Origin: Phoronis australis
Lineage: Eukaryota; Animalia; Phoronida
Length of the DNA stretch: 64,000 nt
Direction of reading: 5' to 3'
Assembly: GCA_002633005.1 (NCBI GenBank)
Contig: NMRA01000041.1
Location: 354,954-418,953 of the forward strand
Under the pieces are notes generated by a model that was not told the origin of the DNA, did not search any database, and saw only the letters and a list, made by a program, of their open reading frames with translations. The translations under genes were made by a program, and so were the position numbers. Of the stretch, positions 12,427-25,691 are shown piece after piece. Positions within the stretch are counted from its first letter, which is position 1, and every line of letters begins with the position of its first letter.

Positions 12427-13243
12427 TTTTTACGCGCCCACATATATGTATGTGTAATGACATTTTGTCGTATCAAATGTTGTATTTCATAAATCCCTTG
12501 CAAGATGTTTCTGAAATTTTGCAGTTGAATTCCTATTAACTTGATAGCAGATAGATGGATTCGACTACTGCTGTGGTTCTTAATGAAGTTTTTTTTTTAC
12601 ATTTGCCTAGTTTGAATTTTTTTAATGGACTTTCATTAAATTTGGCAAATAATTTTGAGAGACGACGACACCTTTCCATTTTTGTATGGGTTTAATGTAC
12701 TTTGAGCCATCTTATTGCCATTTTTATGATGCAAATAAAAACCCCTATGTTATGTACTCCCACTAGGGGGAGCTTTGGGTATTATTCAGAGTTGTAATTG
12801 GTCTGTGGCGGTGTGACATCTGTGGTAAATTGTTAGCTAGACACTAATGCTGAACTTTCTGATGTTTTTTTATCATGCATCAAACTTCTGAGCAAGTGTT
12901 TTGTTGATGTGGTGAGCATTTTCAGCTGTGTAGACAGCTACATCTGGTGTTGTGTGTGAAAACTCGTCCATAACATTTAGTGGAAGCCGTGTGGGAACAA
13001 CTAGGTGATGGCGATGTTTCGAGATACCGCAAGGTCAAGTGATGGTGTTGGCGTTCATCCCTGTCTTCGCCCCTGTATTATTTTTGTATAACTGGTCAAA
13101 CCTTTGTTAAATGTTAATAGGTGTAAATATTGTTCAAAATAACTAGAGGAGTTGTGTTCATTTACATTAACGTAACACCCTAGAAGCACAACATTTGCAA
13201 TGCATTCATGAGTGCATTTCAACGCTTGGTATTGCTCTTGCTT
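12427..13243 (+). mobile_element. Degenerate HINE-like element interrupted by an insertion (~12747-13173)
   Basis: 5' ttttacgcgcccacat; 3' gtgcatttcaacgc..ttgctcttg. Confidence 0.6.
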
Positions 13244-13293
13244 AAGAATACTTTAAATTCAAGAGCATAATTTTATTTTAATTTATCTGTTAG

Positions 13294-13410
13294 ATTCCGA
13301 TATGACTGCTGATGAGATAGAGGCTACAGTGGTGAGATTACCGATTGGACCAGATGTGGTATCGCCCCCTATGGAGCCTCTTTTATCGCCTGTAGACACA
13401 GAATCAGAAG
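13294..13410 (+). CDS. RECQL4: RECQL4 exon
   Basis: gttag acceptor, phase 1-1, PPMEPLL; gtaaac donor. Confidence 0.8.
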
Positions 13411-15429
13411 GTAAACCACTGCTGTTAGTGTTAGTTGTGAAAGTATTACATAACTATCCTTCATTCTTTTCACCTTTTTACAAGGAAACCATGAAGCTTT
13501 GCAATATTGTTCATTCTCTCTTTTGGCCACAGTTATAGAACTACACACTAGCATCGGTGTATAGATGATAGATTTGCATGGTTGGGTTCGTGTTTGATGT
13601 GTGTTATTGTTTGTATAATTTGCCAACTGTTTCATTTTACAGTTAAAACATTTTCAAAGATGTAACTGAAGCTTCGTGTGATTAAATTTTTAAATTTGTG
13701 AACCATGTTTCAACTTGCAATTGACTAATATATCACAAATGTCCATTAAATTGTAAGTAGGCAACACCAATTATCGTACTTGGCTGAAATTGAGTAAATG
13801 TCGTGAGCCATGATTTTCTCAGGAGAGTCGCTGCCAACACTGCAATAACAAACACCACATTGTCATTATTCGCATATATAGTCTGGCGTTTCCTTCTTTT
13901 CAAACTATATTACTACTTTATCCTTAAACGCTCACTGTAAGAATGTAGTAATTTTTTATTTAAACAAATTTTGAAGTGGCTATGCGGAATCTGACTTCTT
14001 GTGAAAAATTTTGACAAGGGGAAATACTGTTATAAAACTAGTCTTAACTGGGTCCTTTCTTAGATTAGAGGTGATTCCTCAGGTGTAAAAGAAGTAAGAG
14101 TGTTTCAGTGCTCCAGATGTGGCATTAAGTTAATAATTTGTCTTGTCACGGCGGGTCACTGTCAGTTCTTCCTTGGCCAGAATTAATTCCTCATGGGTAA
14201 ATTTATTTAGGACTGTTCCAGTAAAAACGTATGGAACGGGGAAGGCACTTTCATTTTTTACCCACCACCCATTAGTTTTAATTATGTTGAAATATAAAAT
14301 GCCAGCACGTAGTTTGAATACTTAATATACATGGTAATGTATATGTTAGGTTTTATTCTCTTTAGATATTTCTGGTCTTCACTGTTTCGGTTGCCAACAA
14401 CGGCAGACACAACATCAGCTGCCTCCCAAGGCAAGGAATAAAAACTCACACGTTTGCTTTCCAGTGAATTGTGATCAAAGAACATTAATGTTGGTATGCA
14501 CCCTTTGTGTTTATAGCAAATGGCAGATACTAGGGATGCTCATTACTCTAAATTCCTACAATAGGGAGAAACACTTGTAAACAAATTGCCTCCAAGACAC
14601 ACATCATGATCTATTAAGGACTTAGATTAACAGTGGACAAGAACTAGCTGTCCTTCACTGGAATGTCATGGAAAACTAAAGTGGCCAAGAGAGTGGTCAA
14701 ATCAAAACGAAAATGGGCTGCTGTCAGCGCATCCATCCCCGTCATATATGTTTGCTTCAAATTTCATTCAGTTGTGCCTAGATAACTTGTCTTGTCAAAA
14801 ACTTAAATAGCCAACAGGGAGGCTACAATAGCCAAATCTTTCCGAAAATCGACTGGTGCCGGCACATGCTCATCATCTATCTCTGCGCCAAATATCATCA
14901 TGATCCGTTAAGCAGTTTCAAAGGAATGAGTTGAGCAGTCAAAAACAGGGTGTGTCATAGTTGAATCTGTCCAAAATCGACTGGTGCCGATGCATTCTCG
15001 CCATATACGTCTGTACTGAATTCCATTGTGATCTTTCAAGCAGTTTTTGGGATAATTGGCACAAAAAGAATGGCTTGTCGAAAACTAAAAACAGCCAATA
15101 TGGGGTGTCACGGTGGCCAAATCCCTCCAAAAATTATTTCTTGCACTCACCAAGTACCTCTAATACAAAATTTCATCATAATCTGCCTAGCTGTTCTTGA
15201 GATAATTGACAGACAAGAACTGATTACGACTGACAAACGTACCGATGGACAGATGAATGAAAATGACAGACAGACTGACCAACGGGCAGATGGACGAACG
15301 GGATGTGAACTATATGCGACCACAACGTTTTTTTGTGTGCAGAAAATCTACAAGACATTGATATCACAACTCATGTCAGTTAGAAGAAACTCGCTTTTCA
15401 AAGACACCTATGAGCAATACTTCAGGCAG

Positions 15430-15476
15430 CCACCAGGTGTCTGTCCACCAGGTGTCTGTCCACCAGGTGTCTGTCA
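15430..15476. repeat. 15 bp tandem repeat x3
   Basis: (ccaccaggtgtctgt)3. Confidence 0.9.
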
Positions 15477-16290
15477 TTTCAAAAAGATTTTTTCAATTTA
15501 ACAAATCTACTAATTTCAAAGTTTTTCCACAGATGCTTTTGGGCTGCTCTGCTTAGTGAATGGTGGAACTTGTCTGTCTGACTGCTGATTATTTTTATTA
15601 AATATTAAAAAAATCACCTGATACAGCTTTTCTTAGATGTGTTAACAGCAAATTGAATGTATTGTTGCAGAAATTTTCATTCTAAAATTTCTGTACAACA
15701 TTTGCCTCCAGTCGAGTTGCCCGTAACTTGAGTAATGGCATTGCGTACATATTGCACACTGTACACTAGCAGCATGGACTTGTCTTGTTTTGAATATTTT
15801 TGGTTGTCTGCCAAGTGAAGTTTTGGTGAGGTTTTGAAGCTTATTCAGAGAGGATTATGGTTGTGATTGGCTGAAAATACCCACGTGCAAACATTTATCA
15901 GACGAAGAATACCACACTCTTTTAATAATTTACTTGTTTTCAAGAAGGACCACCCATAATTTACATTTCCTTCAATAGAAAACCACCTAAATTTTTCAAT
16001 TCAGCTGGAGCCCTCCACTTTCCCACAGACATCTTTCTTTTCTTTTCTTAATCAGGTTTATAACCACTTTACTGAAAGTGTTTTCCAAAAGACTTCTATT
16101 ACAGCATTTTAGATAGTAAAGCAGAAGTAGTTAAAATTGTCTAAAGTCACAGAAATACTTTCAAAACGAAACCTTTCTTCTCTTAAATCAAAAATTAAAG
16201 ATTTTTTGTTTTTCTGATTGGCCGTATCAAACTGGAAGGGTCTGTGCTCAATCATGTCCTGTGTACCCGAGTTCCAGTAATTATTTTCAG

Positions 16291-16383
16291 TGGTGCCTGA
16301 AGTAGTTACCAGTGCCCTAAAGAAGCTGGGGTTTGCATCCTTCAGAGAGGGGCAGGAGTATGCTGTCAGGAGGATACTGTCAG
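16291..16383 (+). CDS. RECQL4: RECQL4 exon, helicase motif 0
   Basis: ALKKLGFASFREGQEYAVRRILSG; ttttcag / gtggg. Confidence 0.92.
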
Positions 16384-16674
16384 GTGGGCTACACTCTTCC
16401 AGATGTTGAATGAACGCCCAGGGCAGTTCCATTCAACACTTTCTAAAAGTCTCTACTTTTGCAAACTTGGTACTGAACATATGGCTGTGACTTCTTGTTT
16501 GCAAATTTTATTGGAAAGTTAGTCTTAATCTTAAAACCTGCATTTTGTCTTACTTAGCTGCCTAAAAACTTACAATCAAATTTCATTGTTTTTTACTCTC
16601 ACAAAACGGATCTTATAACATTCCATACTGGGACAGGATTTTATTTATCTTACCAGCTCAGTCTCAGGCAGTGT

Positions 16675-16855
16675 GCCATTTTCTAACTCACAATTTTAAG
16701 GATGGCCATGTCACCGGCATTGCATGCATTCGCCATTTTCTAACTCACAATTTTAAGGATGGCCAAGTCTCAGGCATTGCATATATAGGCCATTTTCTAA
16801 TTCACGATATAAAGGATGGTCATGTCACGGGCATTGCATACACATGCCATTTTTT
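16675..16855. repeat. 57 bp minisatellite x3
   Basis: gccatttt at 16675, 16732, 16789, 16846. Confidence 0.88.
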
Positions 16856-16860
16856 TCTAA

Positions 16861-17687
16861 TTTTTATGCGCCCACATATTTGTGGACGCATTATGCCGTC
16901 ATCTCCGTCTGTCCGTCCGGCGTCTGCTGCTCTATCTCTAAAACTCTTTGACATACGTTCATGCAATTTGGCACATGTGTTCCATTCATGAATGGGACGG
17001 CATGAGCGAACTTTCGGACAGATCCGACTACCTAGTGGCAATTTTAGTTTTTTACGTTTAACTCCATATCTTCAAAGATCCTCAACAGATTTTCATAAAA
17101 TTTTAAATATAGGCATCTACTGGTGTGATGACTCAATCTTCCTGTTTTTGGATGGAATCGAGGTATTTTGCACCACCTAGTGGCCATTTTTTCTGTTTTC
17201 AAATCTTGTTTTTGGCTTCCACCCCTGTATCAACCAATCATTTGAAAATATTAATAAATATATTCGTCTCTGTGTGAAGACGACCTTTGATGATGGTGAC
17301 TGACTACTGTGGCGCCTCCTAGTTTTAGTTTTGTTTTGCGCCCATAGTTGTATCTCCTAAACCCACTGCAGGATTTTTTAAATTACTAAATTTAGTAAGA
17401 CTTAGTGTATTTATATGAAGATAACAACAGACGACGACGACTTTCAGGCAGATCCAACGGACACTGTGCCCACTAGTGATAATTTCATTTAATTCTGTTT
17501 TCCTTTGTTTCTCTGAAGTTACTTGACATTTTTTTTGAAATATGGCATGTTCCTGTTTTTGGATGGATTGTATGTTTTTGATCCATCTAGTGGCCATTTT
17601 TATGATACAAATAAATAACCCTAAAAGCACACCATTTGCAATGCATTCTTGGGTGCATTTCAATGCTCTGCGTTGCTCTCGTCTATT
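16861..17687 (+). mobile_element. Complete Helentron-associated non-autonomous element (HINE/DINE-1-like)
   Basis: T-rich ends; 5' subTIR atgcgcccaca with adjacent inverted tgtggacgcat; GTCY microsatellite; central CCTAGTGGC repeats; 3' tgggtgcat then ttgctctcgt. Confidence 0.75.
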
Positions 17688-18037
17688 AGGTTGGACAATC
17701 ACAGTAAACATTGATGAGTCTTAATCTCTCGTTGGTTAGGGAAATAGAATTGTATTGTGGTAAGGAATGTTAAAAGATCAGGGCCTAATTTGATCTTCGT
17801 ATTTAGCCAGCTAAATTGGACGAAATGCAGGTTTAAGTGAATTTTTTTAAAGGAACAATGTGTGTACCCAACTAGGGGATTGTTTTCTAGATGCTCTTCT
17901 GATGGGATCAATTATTCAGAATTTCTCCTCACCAAAATTTGGAGATACACTTACTGATATTGCAGTGTTCACTATGCTGTTTACGCATTGTTACATGTTA
18001 ATATTGACTTCTTGGCTGCTATCAGATTAATGATTAA

Positions 18038-18770
18038 TTCAAACATAACTGTATATGCAGGGCCATGCGAAGCTTAAAGAAATTTTTCGCACAGGTGTTG
18101 CACTTTGGCAGATACACTACATCACTTATTGGTGCCAGCGGACATGTGTTTTACTGGAATGTGCATCGTGTTTTTCATCTTTTGATGAAACATTTCAACA
18201 TTGTCAATTTATAACAATTCTGAGGAACTTCTCAGTGTACTTCATGACATTGCAAGTTGTGAAAAAGTCCCATGAATATTTTTTATACATTTATTGTAAC
18301 AAAGTGACAATTGCAATACATACCTAGTACATAAACATACATAAACATTTACCACCCTTCTAGCTGTACTAAGTTCCATTTTTCGTTGTGATTTTCTAAT
18401 GTAACATTGATTTTACTAATGGTAAATTCTATATTTCTATAGTTTTTGAAAACTCAAGTGACATCAGTTGTTAATGGAATTTTGTTCTGCATTCTACATT
18501 GATAAATGACATTTTTTGTTATTAAAACTACAATATTTATTCTGTTGTTACATTTGGTATTTCCAAACAGAATGTCAAGGCTGTTTAAAAAATCGATCCT
18601 AAGGAAATCAGCACAAACTTTCCTCCACAACTCTCTTACATAGCTACATTCCACAAATAAATGTTATATAATAGTGTCTTTATGATCTGAGCAAAATGTG
18701 CATGGTCATTGTCTTGAGTTTTAATTAACGTTAAAAAGACATATGTAGCCCTGTGAATTTGAAAAATTGC
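18038..18770 (-). mobile_element. 5'-truncated L1/Tx1-like LINE 3' end
   Basis: Minus strand CTFC...HLFVECSYVRELW...DILFG...YQCR (zinc-finger-like RT C-terminus); A-rich tract at ~18277-18295. Confidence 0.7.
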
Positions 18771-18858
18771 ATGTAAGGAAATGTTCAACACTTGTAGTTT
18801 GTGATCTAATCTGAATTCTGTGCAATATTTTTCACCATTACCTACATCTCTTTGCCAG

Positions 18859-18995
18859 GTTTGTCAACATTGGTTGTCATATCAACAGGTGGAGGCAAGT
18901 CATTGTGCTACCAACTACCTGCTTACCTGTATGCCCAGAGGTCAAAGTGCATCACCTTGGTTATATCCCCTCTAGTGTCCCTGATGGAGGATCAG
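18859..18995 (+). CDS. RECQL4: RECQL4 exon, Walker A and motif Ia
   Basis: [14 protein letters not shown]...[11 protein letters not shown]; gccag / gtatat. Confidence 0.96.
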
Positions 18996-19319
18996 GTATA
19001 TTGAATCCTGCTGAATACTGTCACATCAATTGCATGTTTGGAAGCTCCAGACATAGTTGTTGTGATGGCATCTAGTACATGTATATGCTTTGTTTGCTGA
19101 CTTCCTGGTAATGTAAACCTGAAAGGCCCTTCAGTGGTCAAAATTTCTGCAAATTTTTGAACTTCAATGACAGATTTAGAAAATTAAAGAGTCTGTGAGC
19201 TCCTTGATCAAGGTTGAATTTTTTCACAATTGTCGCACTTCGTTGGAATAGGAGTTATATCAATCATTCTCCCCAGCTGACTAGTTGCTTTTAATTATGG
19301 AGACTTTCTAACTTTTCAG

Positions 19320-19589
19320 ATCACTGGTCTGCCCAATGAGTTGAAGGGTGTCTGCTATCACACTAATATGTCTAAAACACAGCGCGAGAACGTTTTGCAA
19401 CGTGTCCGGGAAGGAGACGTTCACTTTCTACTCATTTCCCCTGAATCGTTGGTGGGTGGGGGGCGGAGTGGAGGCCCTGGGTTCAGCTATCGCGACCTGC
19501 CACCTGTCGCATTTGCCTGTATCGACGAGGCACATTGTTTGTCAGAATGGTCGCATCACTTCCGTCCATCTTATCTCCGAGTGTGTAAG
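19320..19589 (+). CDS. RECQL4: RECQL4 exon, DEAH motif II
   Basis: [31 protein letters not shown]; ttttcag / gtgaga. Confidence 0.97.
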
Positions 19590-19767
19590 GTGAGACTGTG
19601 TCCCATAGTCAGTAATCGTTAATTAACCTCTTATTTGTGAAGACCAAGTATTTATTGATTTCAGACCTGCTGTAGACCTGGCTTCATTAGAGACCTGCTT
19701 ATGTAATACTAGTAAGGCTAAAACTATGGTGACTATAGAAATTGCCTTATCCAGTTTGTCACTCCCA

Positions 19768-19838
19768 GGCAGTGTGGCCTAATGAGAAAGGTGTCTGCTT
19801 CTATACTCAAGGTCGTGGGTTTGAGTCCCACTGCTACA
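19768..19838 (+). mobile_element. tRNA-derived SINE head (degenerate)
   Basis: A-box-like gtggcctaatg, B-box-like gggtttgagtccc. Confidence 0.5.
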
Positions 19839-21479
19839 CACTGCTAGACCCTTGAGTCAGGTCTCTAGCTCCTCAACTCTGGTTTTATCTATATATTAAA
19901 GCATAATGTTTCCAAGTGATCAGTGCAATGGGCGCATCTGAGCTAGTTGACTGCACATGTCTTGTACAACGTTTACCAGACTGCCTACAGTTATTTTTGT
20001 ATGGTCACTCCTTGGTCCCAAATGTATCATAGACTGAACTAGTATTGGACACCCAATATGTATTAAAGTCATTGTACCTGATGTCCGGCTTTGGTTAGAA
20101 GTTTTGGTTTTACAGTTCTGTAGTTATGCAGTATATTTGATGTACACGTTTTTGATCTAGATTAACTTAGTTCATAATATCCACCTTGAGTCCATTATCA
20201 GCTCATGGCAGTGCTTTAATATTAAAAGTACCTATCAATTGTCCAAATTATAATTGTATGTTCAAATTTCTTGATGTCAATCATGTGATCAATGTATTGC
20301 GTTTCCTACACAAGAGTTCATTGAATAATTTTACTTGATACACAGCAGGTACACCGAACTATAGCCAGTGACCATCAATGTTCGTGACTCTTGACTGCTC
20401 ACTGCTCACTAAAAAAATGAAAGAGAGTTGAAAAACCTTCAAAGACTTTAATACTGAGATAATGGTTAAACTAGGTACTCAGTACCAGTTTACCTGACAT
20501 CTAGTCTGCCTCCATGCTATGAACATTCCCAATAAATAAGATTGGTTCTAACCCCAGTGGTTAAGGTAAACGGTGGGGTATGGAAAATTGAACTAGACCG
20601 TATTTATCCACCTTGGTTGAGTCGCGCTTGGCTCACGATCAAAGGGATGCCGCCAAGCTACTCTAGTCATCGAGTCACGAGCGAGGATAATTGGCTTCGC
20701 TCATGCGGATATGATCAGCTGATTACAATCTAGCTAGCAGACTGTACTTTTTATGGAGAGAGTTTTACGTAGTTTTTACTCTAATATTTGAAAAGAGGAG
20801 CGAAAACAAATATGAGTACAACTTTGAATTTTTCAAATCGGCCCAGGATAAGAGATTTTGCAACACAGCAACACTCACGATTACTTTCATTCGGCGCGCA
20901 CTAATACAAAAATATAGGACCCAAGTTATTTAGATTTTGGAACACATGCATTGCAATATTCAAAATACGTTTATTATGAATCTTACAAGCTGTAAAACGA
21001 CGTTGTTAATTTCATTGTGTTCATTCATTGTCATCCGTCAAATCGGCAATTTCCGAGATGTGATCTGCGGCGTGCGCGTATGTGTACAAAACACGTGATT
21101 GTTATGTTCCTGAAGTACGAAAATTAAGAAGGCTTTAACATGCCGTTATTATTGACAGGGACACGATAAAACGAATTTGGATTTTGACTATAGTCTTGAT
21201 ACAGCGATCTGACTGACCACTGCGTCAGTGTCTCCGTTAGACCCAGAAATTTCACACAGCCCGGGTAGTTCATTTCATCCCCAACATGTAGATCGAGCCT
21301 TGGACTATTAATACTCCACGGCAGAGCTAATGACAGTCGGCCTGTGCACACAAAATCTGTGTGTTAACCAGCACTCACCTTGCACGTTACAGCCGTTTAA
21401 GTGAAAAACAATCTAGTAAACGCCATTTTCTTGCATAATCCTCCGCCTTTTGTAACAAAAAAGTATCGTCGATGACCCG

Positions 21480-21815
21480 CACACGCACGCTCACTCACTC
21501 TCATACGCAGACGACCTTCAAAAAAAACGTCACGTGACGACAACATGTGTGTTCATCCAGAGATTTTTCTCGTGTTGTGGAGTACGATGTATCGCACATT
21601 TGGACTTAATCGCATTAATCTGGACTCAACATGAACTTAAAAATTGTAAAACATCAGGAAGATTTCAGGTAATTTGTTGAGTCGAAACTATATTTTTATT
21701 CAAGAGTACAAGTTTTCCTATTGACGATCGCGATTCAGCGACACATCAGTTGGCAAGTTTTCGCCCTGTGATGAGCACAATTTTTTGAAAAATTATCGTA
21801 ATTTAACAACGGAAG
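21480..21815 (+). repeat. Dispersed repeat, second copy at ~35520-35890
   Basis: Shared cgcagacga.cttcaaaa...cacgtgac, gatttttctcgtgttg, tcgtaatttaacaac. Confidence 0.7.
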
Positions 21816-22417
21816 TTCAAACATAACTGTATATGCTGGGCCATGCGAAGTTTAAAGAAATTTTTCACAGAGGTGTTGCACTTTGGCAGATACACTACAT
21901 CACTTATTGGTGCCGGCGGACATGTGTTTTACTGGAATGTGCATCGTGCTTTTCATCTTTTGATGAAACATTTCAACATTGTCAATTTATAACAATTCTG
22001 AGGAACTTCTCAGTGTACTTCATGACATTGCAAGTTGTGAAAAAGTCCCATGAATATTTTTTATACATTTATTGTAACAAAGTGACAATTGCAATACATA
22101 CCTAGTACATAAACATACATAAACATTTACCACCCTTCTAGCTGTACTAAGTTCCATTTTTCGTTGTGATTTTCTAATGTAACATTGATTTTACTAATGG
22201 TCAATTCTATATTTCTATAGTTTTTGAAAACTCAAGTGACATCAGTTGTTAATGGAATTTTGTTCTGCATTCTACATTGATAAATGACATTTTTTGTTAT
22301 TAAAACTACAATATTTATTCTGTTGTTACATTTGGTATTTCCAAACAGAATGTCAAGGCTGTTTAAAAAATCGATCCTAAGGAAATCAGCACAAACTTTC
22401 CTCCACAACTTTCTTAC
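21816..22417 (-). mobile_element. Second near-identical copy of the L1/Tx1-like fragment
   Basis: Matches 18038-18639 at offset 3778 with few substitutions. Confidence 0.8.
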
Positions 22418-22940
22418 TCTTACTCTCAATCCAACAACCACGGATCCCCCTAGTGGCTAATAGTATTTTTACCTCTGTCTCTTCAGAGCTCATGAAAAGA
22501 AATTTGGCTAAAGATCATTATTAATTAGACAGCATTGCCTTCTATTTTCGGGTGGATTCAATGTATTCTGCAGCAATGCCTAGAGCCAGAGGCCATTTTT
22601 ATGTGCCCATATATACATATGACGCTTCTTATTTGTGATTTTATCTTTTTTGTATCCACGGCTGTGTATCCTTACATTTGCAAAAGTGATTAAATACATG
22701 GCACTTGTTGATATTTCAGTCTTTATTCCATTCCGTTCGTATCCTTGGACCATGGTTCGACACTCATCAGAACATTGGTGAAGCAAGTGGCCAAGAGACA
22801 TGATTAAAAGACGTATGATATCATTCCGAGGATATGAGCGGAACAGAATAGACTGTTAATAACGACAAGTGTCGTGTATTTAATCAATTTTGCATATCAG
22901 AATACTTGCTCCCTAAGTACAGCCTTAAGCATTTGCAGGA

Positions 22941-24844
22941 TTTTTATGCGCCCACATATTTATATGAGGTCGCATATTGCCGTCATCTCTGTCAGGGCGT
23001 CCGGGCGTCAGGCGTCCGCGGCTAAATCTCCTAAACCCCTTGCAGGATCGTATTGAAATTCGACAGGTGTGTTCCTATGGGATCTACGACAGAGGGCGAT
23101 TAGTTTCGGACTGACCCTAGTACCGCTGTGGCCCCTAGTGGCAATTTTAGTTTTTGACGTTTGCCTCTGTATCTTCAAAGGTCTTCAGCCGATTTTCATG
23201 AAATTTGGTACATAGGGCATAATGAGTTGATGCCATCCTCACGTTTTCAGATTGCTTCGATGGATTTTGCGCCATCTAGTGGTCATTTTTACTATAATTT
23301 TAGAGTCAGATGGGATGGCATGAGCGAACTTATGGACAGATCGGACTACCAGTGTGCCCCCTAGTGGCAATTTTAGTTTTTATTTGGCAGAATTCTGGGA
23401 ATTCCGCCAAGTATGTTGGTCTGACATCAATTTTTTTTTTGTTTGTATGCTCTCTACAGGTCGCAATTTTCGTCCAATCCGCACGAAATTTGCATGCAAC
23501 GTGTAGATCAGAAAGTCCTAGAAGCCTATTGTTTTTGGTCATGATCGGATTCATAATGGCGGACGTGGCGGCCATTTAGTTTCCGGTCTCAGATTCAAAA
23601 TTTATGCTCATAGAGGCCACATTTTTTGACGTACAAGGCTGAAACTTGGTACGATTATTATAGAACACATGTGCTACAACTGTGCCGAAAAACGTTGACT
23701 TCCGGGTACAGATGGCGGGAATGTTGACAATGGTGCATTCACCCCTATATATCTGGCCAAAAACATTTTCTCCTGTAGAGGGCGCATTGGCGAACCAATC
23801 GCTTTCAAACTGGTCACATGTTTGTTGCTATTAATCAGCTTTTATAAAATTTTGTTAAACCGGTAGTCACTTTCAAGATGGCGGCTCTGGCGCATTTTCA
23901 CCCATTTTCGATTGTTCTGCTGTCGCATCTTTAACGGGAAGAGTAAATGACGTGAATTTGTGCATGGGGATTCTTTGAAGTATGCTCTGTCAAAAGTTCT
24001 GCGATAACGTTTTTCTCAGACTTACCGTTTTCGAGTTATTTGACTTTGAATTTCAAAAAAATGCAAAATTTCAATTTTTTCGAAAAATTTATGGATTGTT
24101 GCGAAACCATCAATTTAGATAGTTTTGGACGGGCTTTCAGAAGATGTTTTCCATTTTTCGTTACGATGTCTACTTTTTGAATTATTCGAGATTTTCTAAT
24201 GGCAGTCAGGCCGCAGCCACGGGGCATTTTCCAGTGCCTACAATTCATATACAGGGCGTATGTAAGGTTTGGGTCGTTGTTCGAGGATTCTGTTGTAAAC
24301 AGATGCCAGGAAAATGATTTATTTTGTGTTTTTGAATGAGAAAAGCCAAGTTTTTACCTACTTTTGATGCAAACCGGTGGCTGGCATTTGCTATCAACCT
24401 CTTTCGTCTGCCGTCCGAGAAACAGGGTGCGTGAACAAGACTGCAGGATATTTCTTACTGATTTGTTCGCTAGTCGCATGAATGTTATTGTGTTGTTTAT
24501 AATCTCTGCCTTCATCGTCATGATCGTCGTCGTCGTCCTCCCCATCGTCCTGTTTTCGCGTAATTTCGCTGAGAGTCTCTCCTCCGAGCGCTCCCGTTTT
24601 ACGTTTACCTCAGTCTGTATCTTCAAAAGTCCTGAACAGATTTTCATAAATTTTTTTTTGGCGCTATCAACCTGTTTTCAGATGGATTTGACATAGTTTG
24701 CGCCACCTAGTGGTCATTTTTACTGTTTTTGAGCCTATTTTGGTGTGCCACATAGTGGTAATTTTTATGATACAAATGACCCTAAAAGCACACCGTTTAC
24801 GATACTTTCGTGGGCAAATTTCAACTCTCCGCTTTGCTCTTGTT
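22941..24844 (+). mobile_element. Composite HINE-like element with nested elements (~23381-24596), ending at a RECQL4 acceptor
   Basis: 5' tttttatgcgcccacat; array broken at gtggcaattttagtttt and resumed at ~24597; 3' ttgctcttgtt. Confidence 0.7.
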
Positions 24845-24847
24845 AAG

Positions 24848-25030
24848 GTTCTAAAAGATAAACTGGGCGTAAAGTGTTTCTTAGGACTAACTGCCACAGC
24901 CACAGCATCAACAGCCAACAATGTGGCAGACCATCTGGGTATACAAGACCATGAGAAAGCCATCATACGTGGGGCACCTGTTCCGAGGAACTTGAAGCTG
25001 TCGGTGTCTCTGGACAAGAATAAGGAACAG
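24848..25030 (+). CDS. RECQL4: RECQL4 exon, motif III
   Basis: VLKDKLGVKCFLGLTATAT...VPRNLKLSVS; taag acceptor, gtatag donor. Confidence 0.93.
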
Positions 25031-25303
25031 GTATAGAAAAGCACATCTAATACCACATTGCAGTTATTTCAAATGTATCTGCCCTACACATTAGGAAAAA
25101 TGGCTATGACATCTTGACTATGTAAATCAATAGATTGGTATTGGATGGGGAATGGGAACTTTATTTTTTGCCAAGTTGGGAGTGGGTGTTTAGTCCAGTC
25201 AACTGTTTGAGCTAATAGATGATACATAGGACGCAAAACGTTAGGGAATTGTTTGTGTTGTGGGAAGTAGTTTTCTTTTTTTTAGCATTCAAAAAATGCA
25301 AGG

Positions 25304-25690
25304 AACCGGTTCCTCTGAAAATTTAAACTTTTCTCTTTTGGTCCAAAGTCACGATTTTATAGGCAGATTTTGATAAATAATGAAACAAGTAACATCAATA
25401 CCGCTTAAGTTTAAGAATATCTGTGCAAGCTTTAAAAGCGTCTTCTCCTTCTCGAGCCTAAAATTAAGCACAAGGTTAGTGTAAGTATCATAAACCCCGC
25501 TTGAATTTAAGCATATCTGTACAAATTCTGAAATCAACATCTCCTACTCTGGCTTAAAATTAAGCAAAAGTCTCACCCACATAATACCTGCTTAAATTTA
25601 AGAATAACTGCACAAGTTTCAAAATCGCCATTTCCTTGTCTGGCTTAATATTAAGCACAAGTGTAACATAAATCCCGCTTAAACTTAAGA
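25304..25690. repeat. Partial insertion with ~90 bp tandem units, cut by N join
   Basis: c.gctt.a..ttaag at 25401, 25497, 25588, 25675. Confidence 0.7.
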
Positions 25691-25691
25691 N

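Noticed and set aside
15028-15501. 157 aa ORF
   Set aside because: Runs through a reverse-oriented repeat with GACA microsatellite and a 15 bp tandem; no motifs
16675-16855. Regular repeats resembling a CRISPR array
   Set aside because: Tandem units without unique spacers, eukaryotic intron, no cas genes
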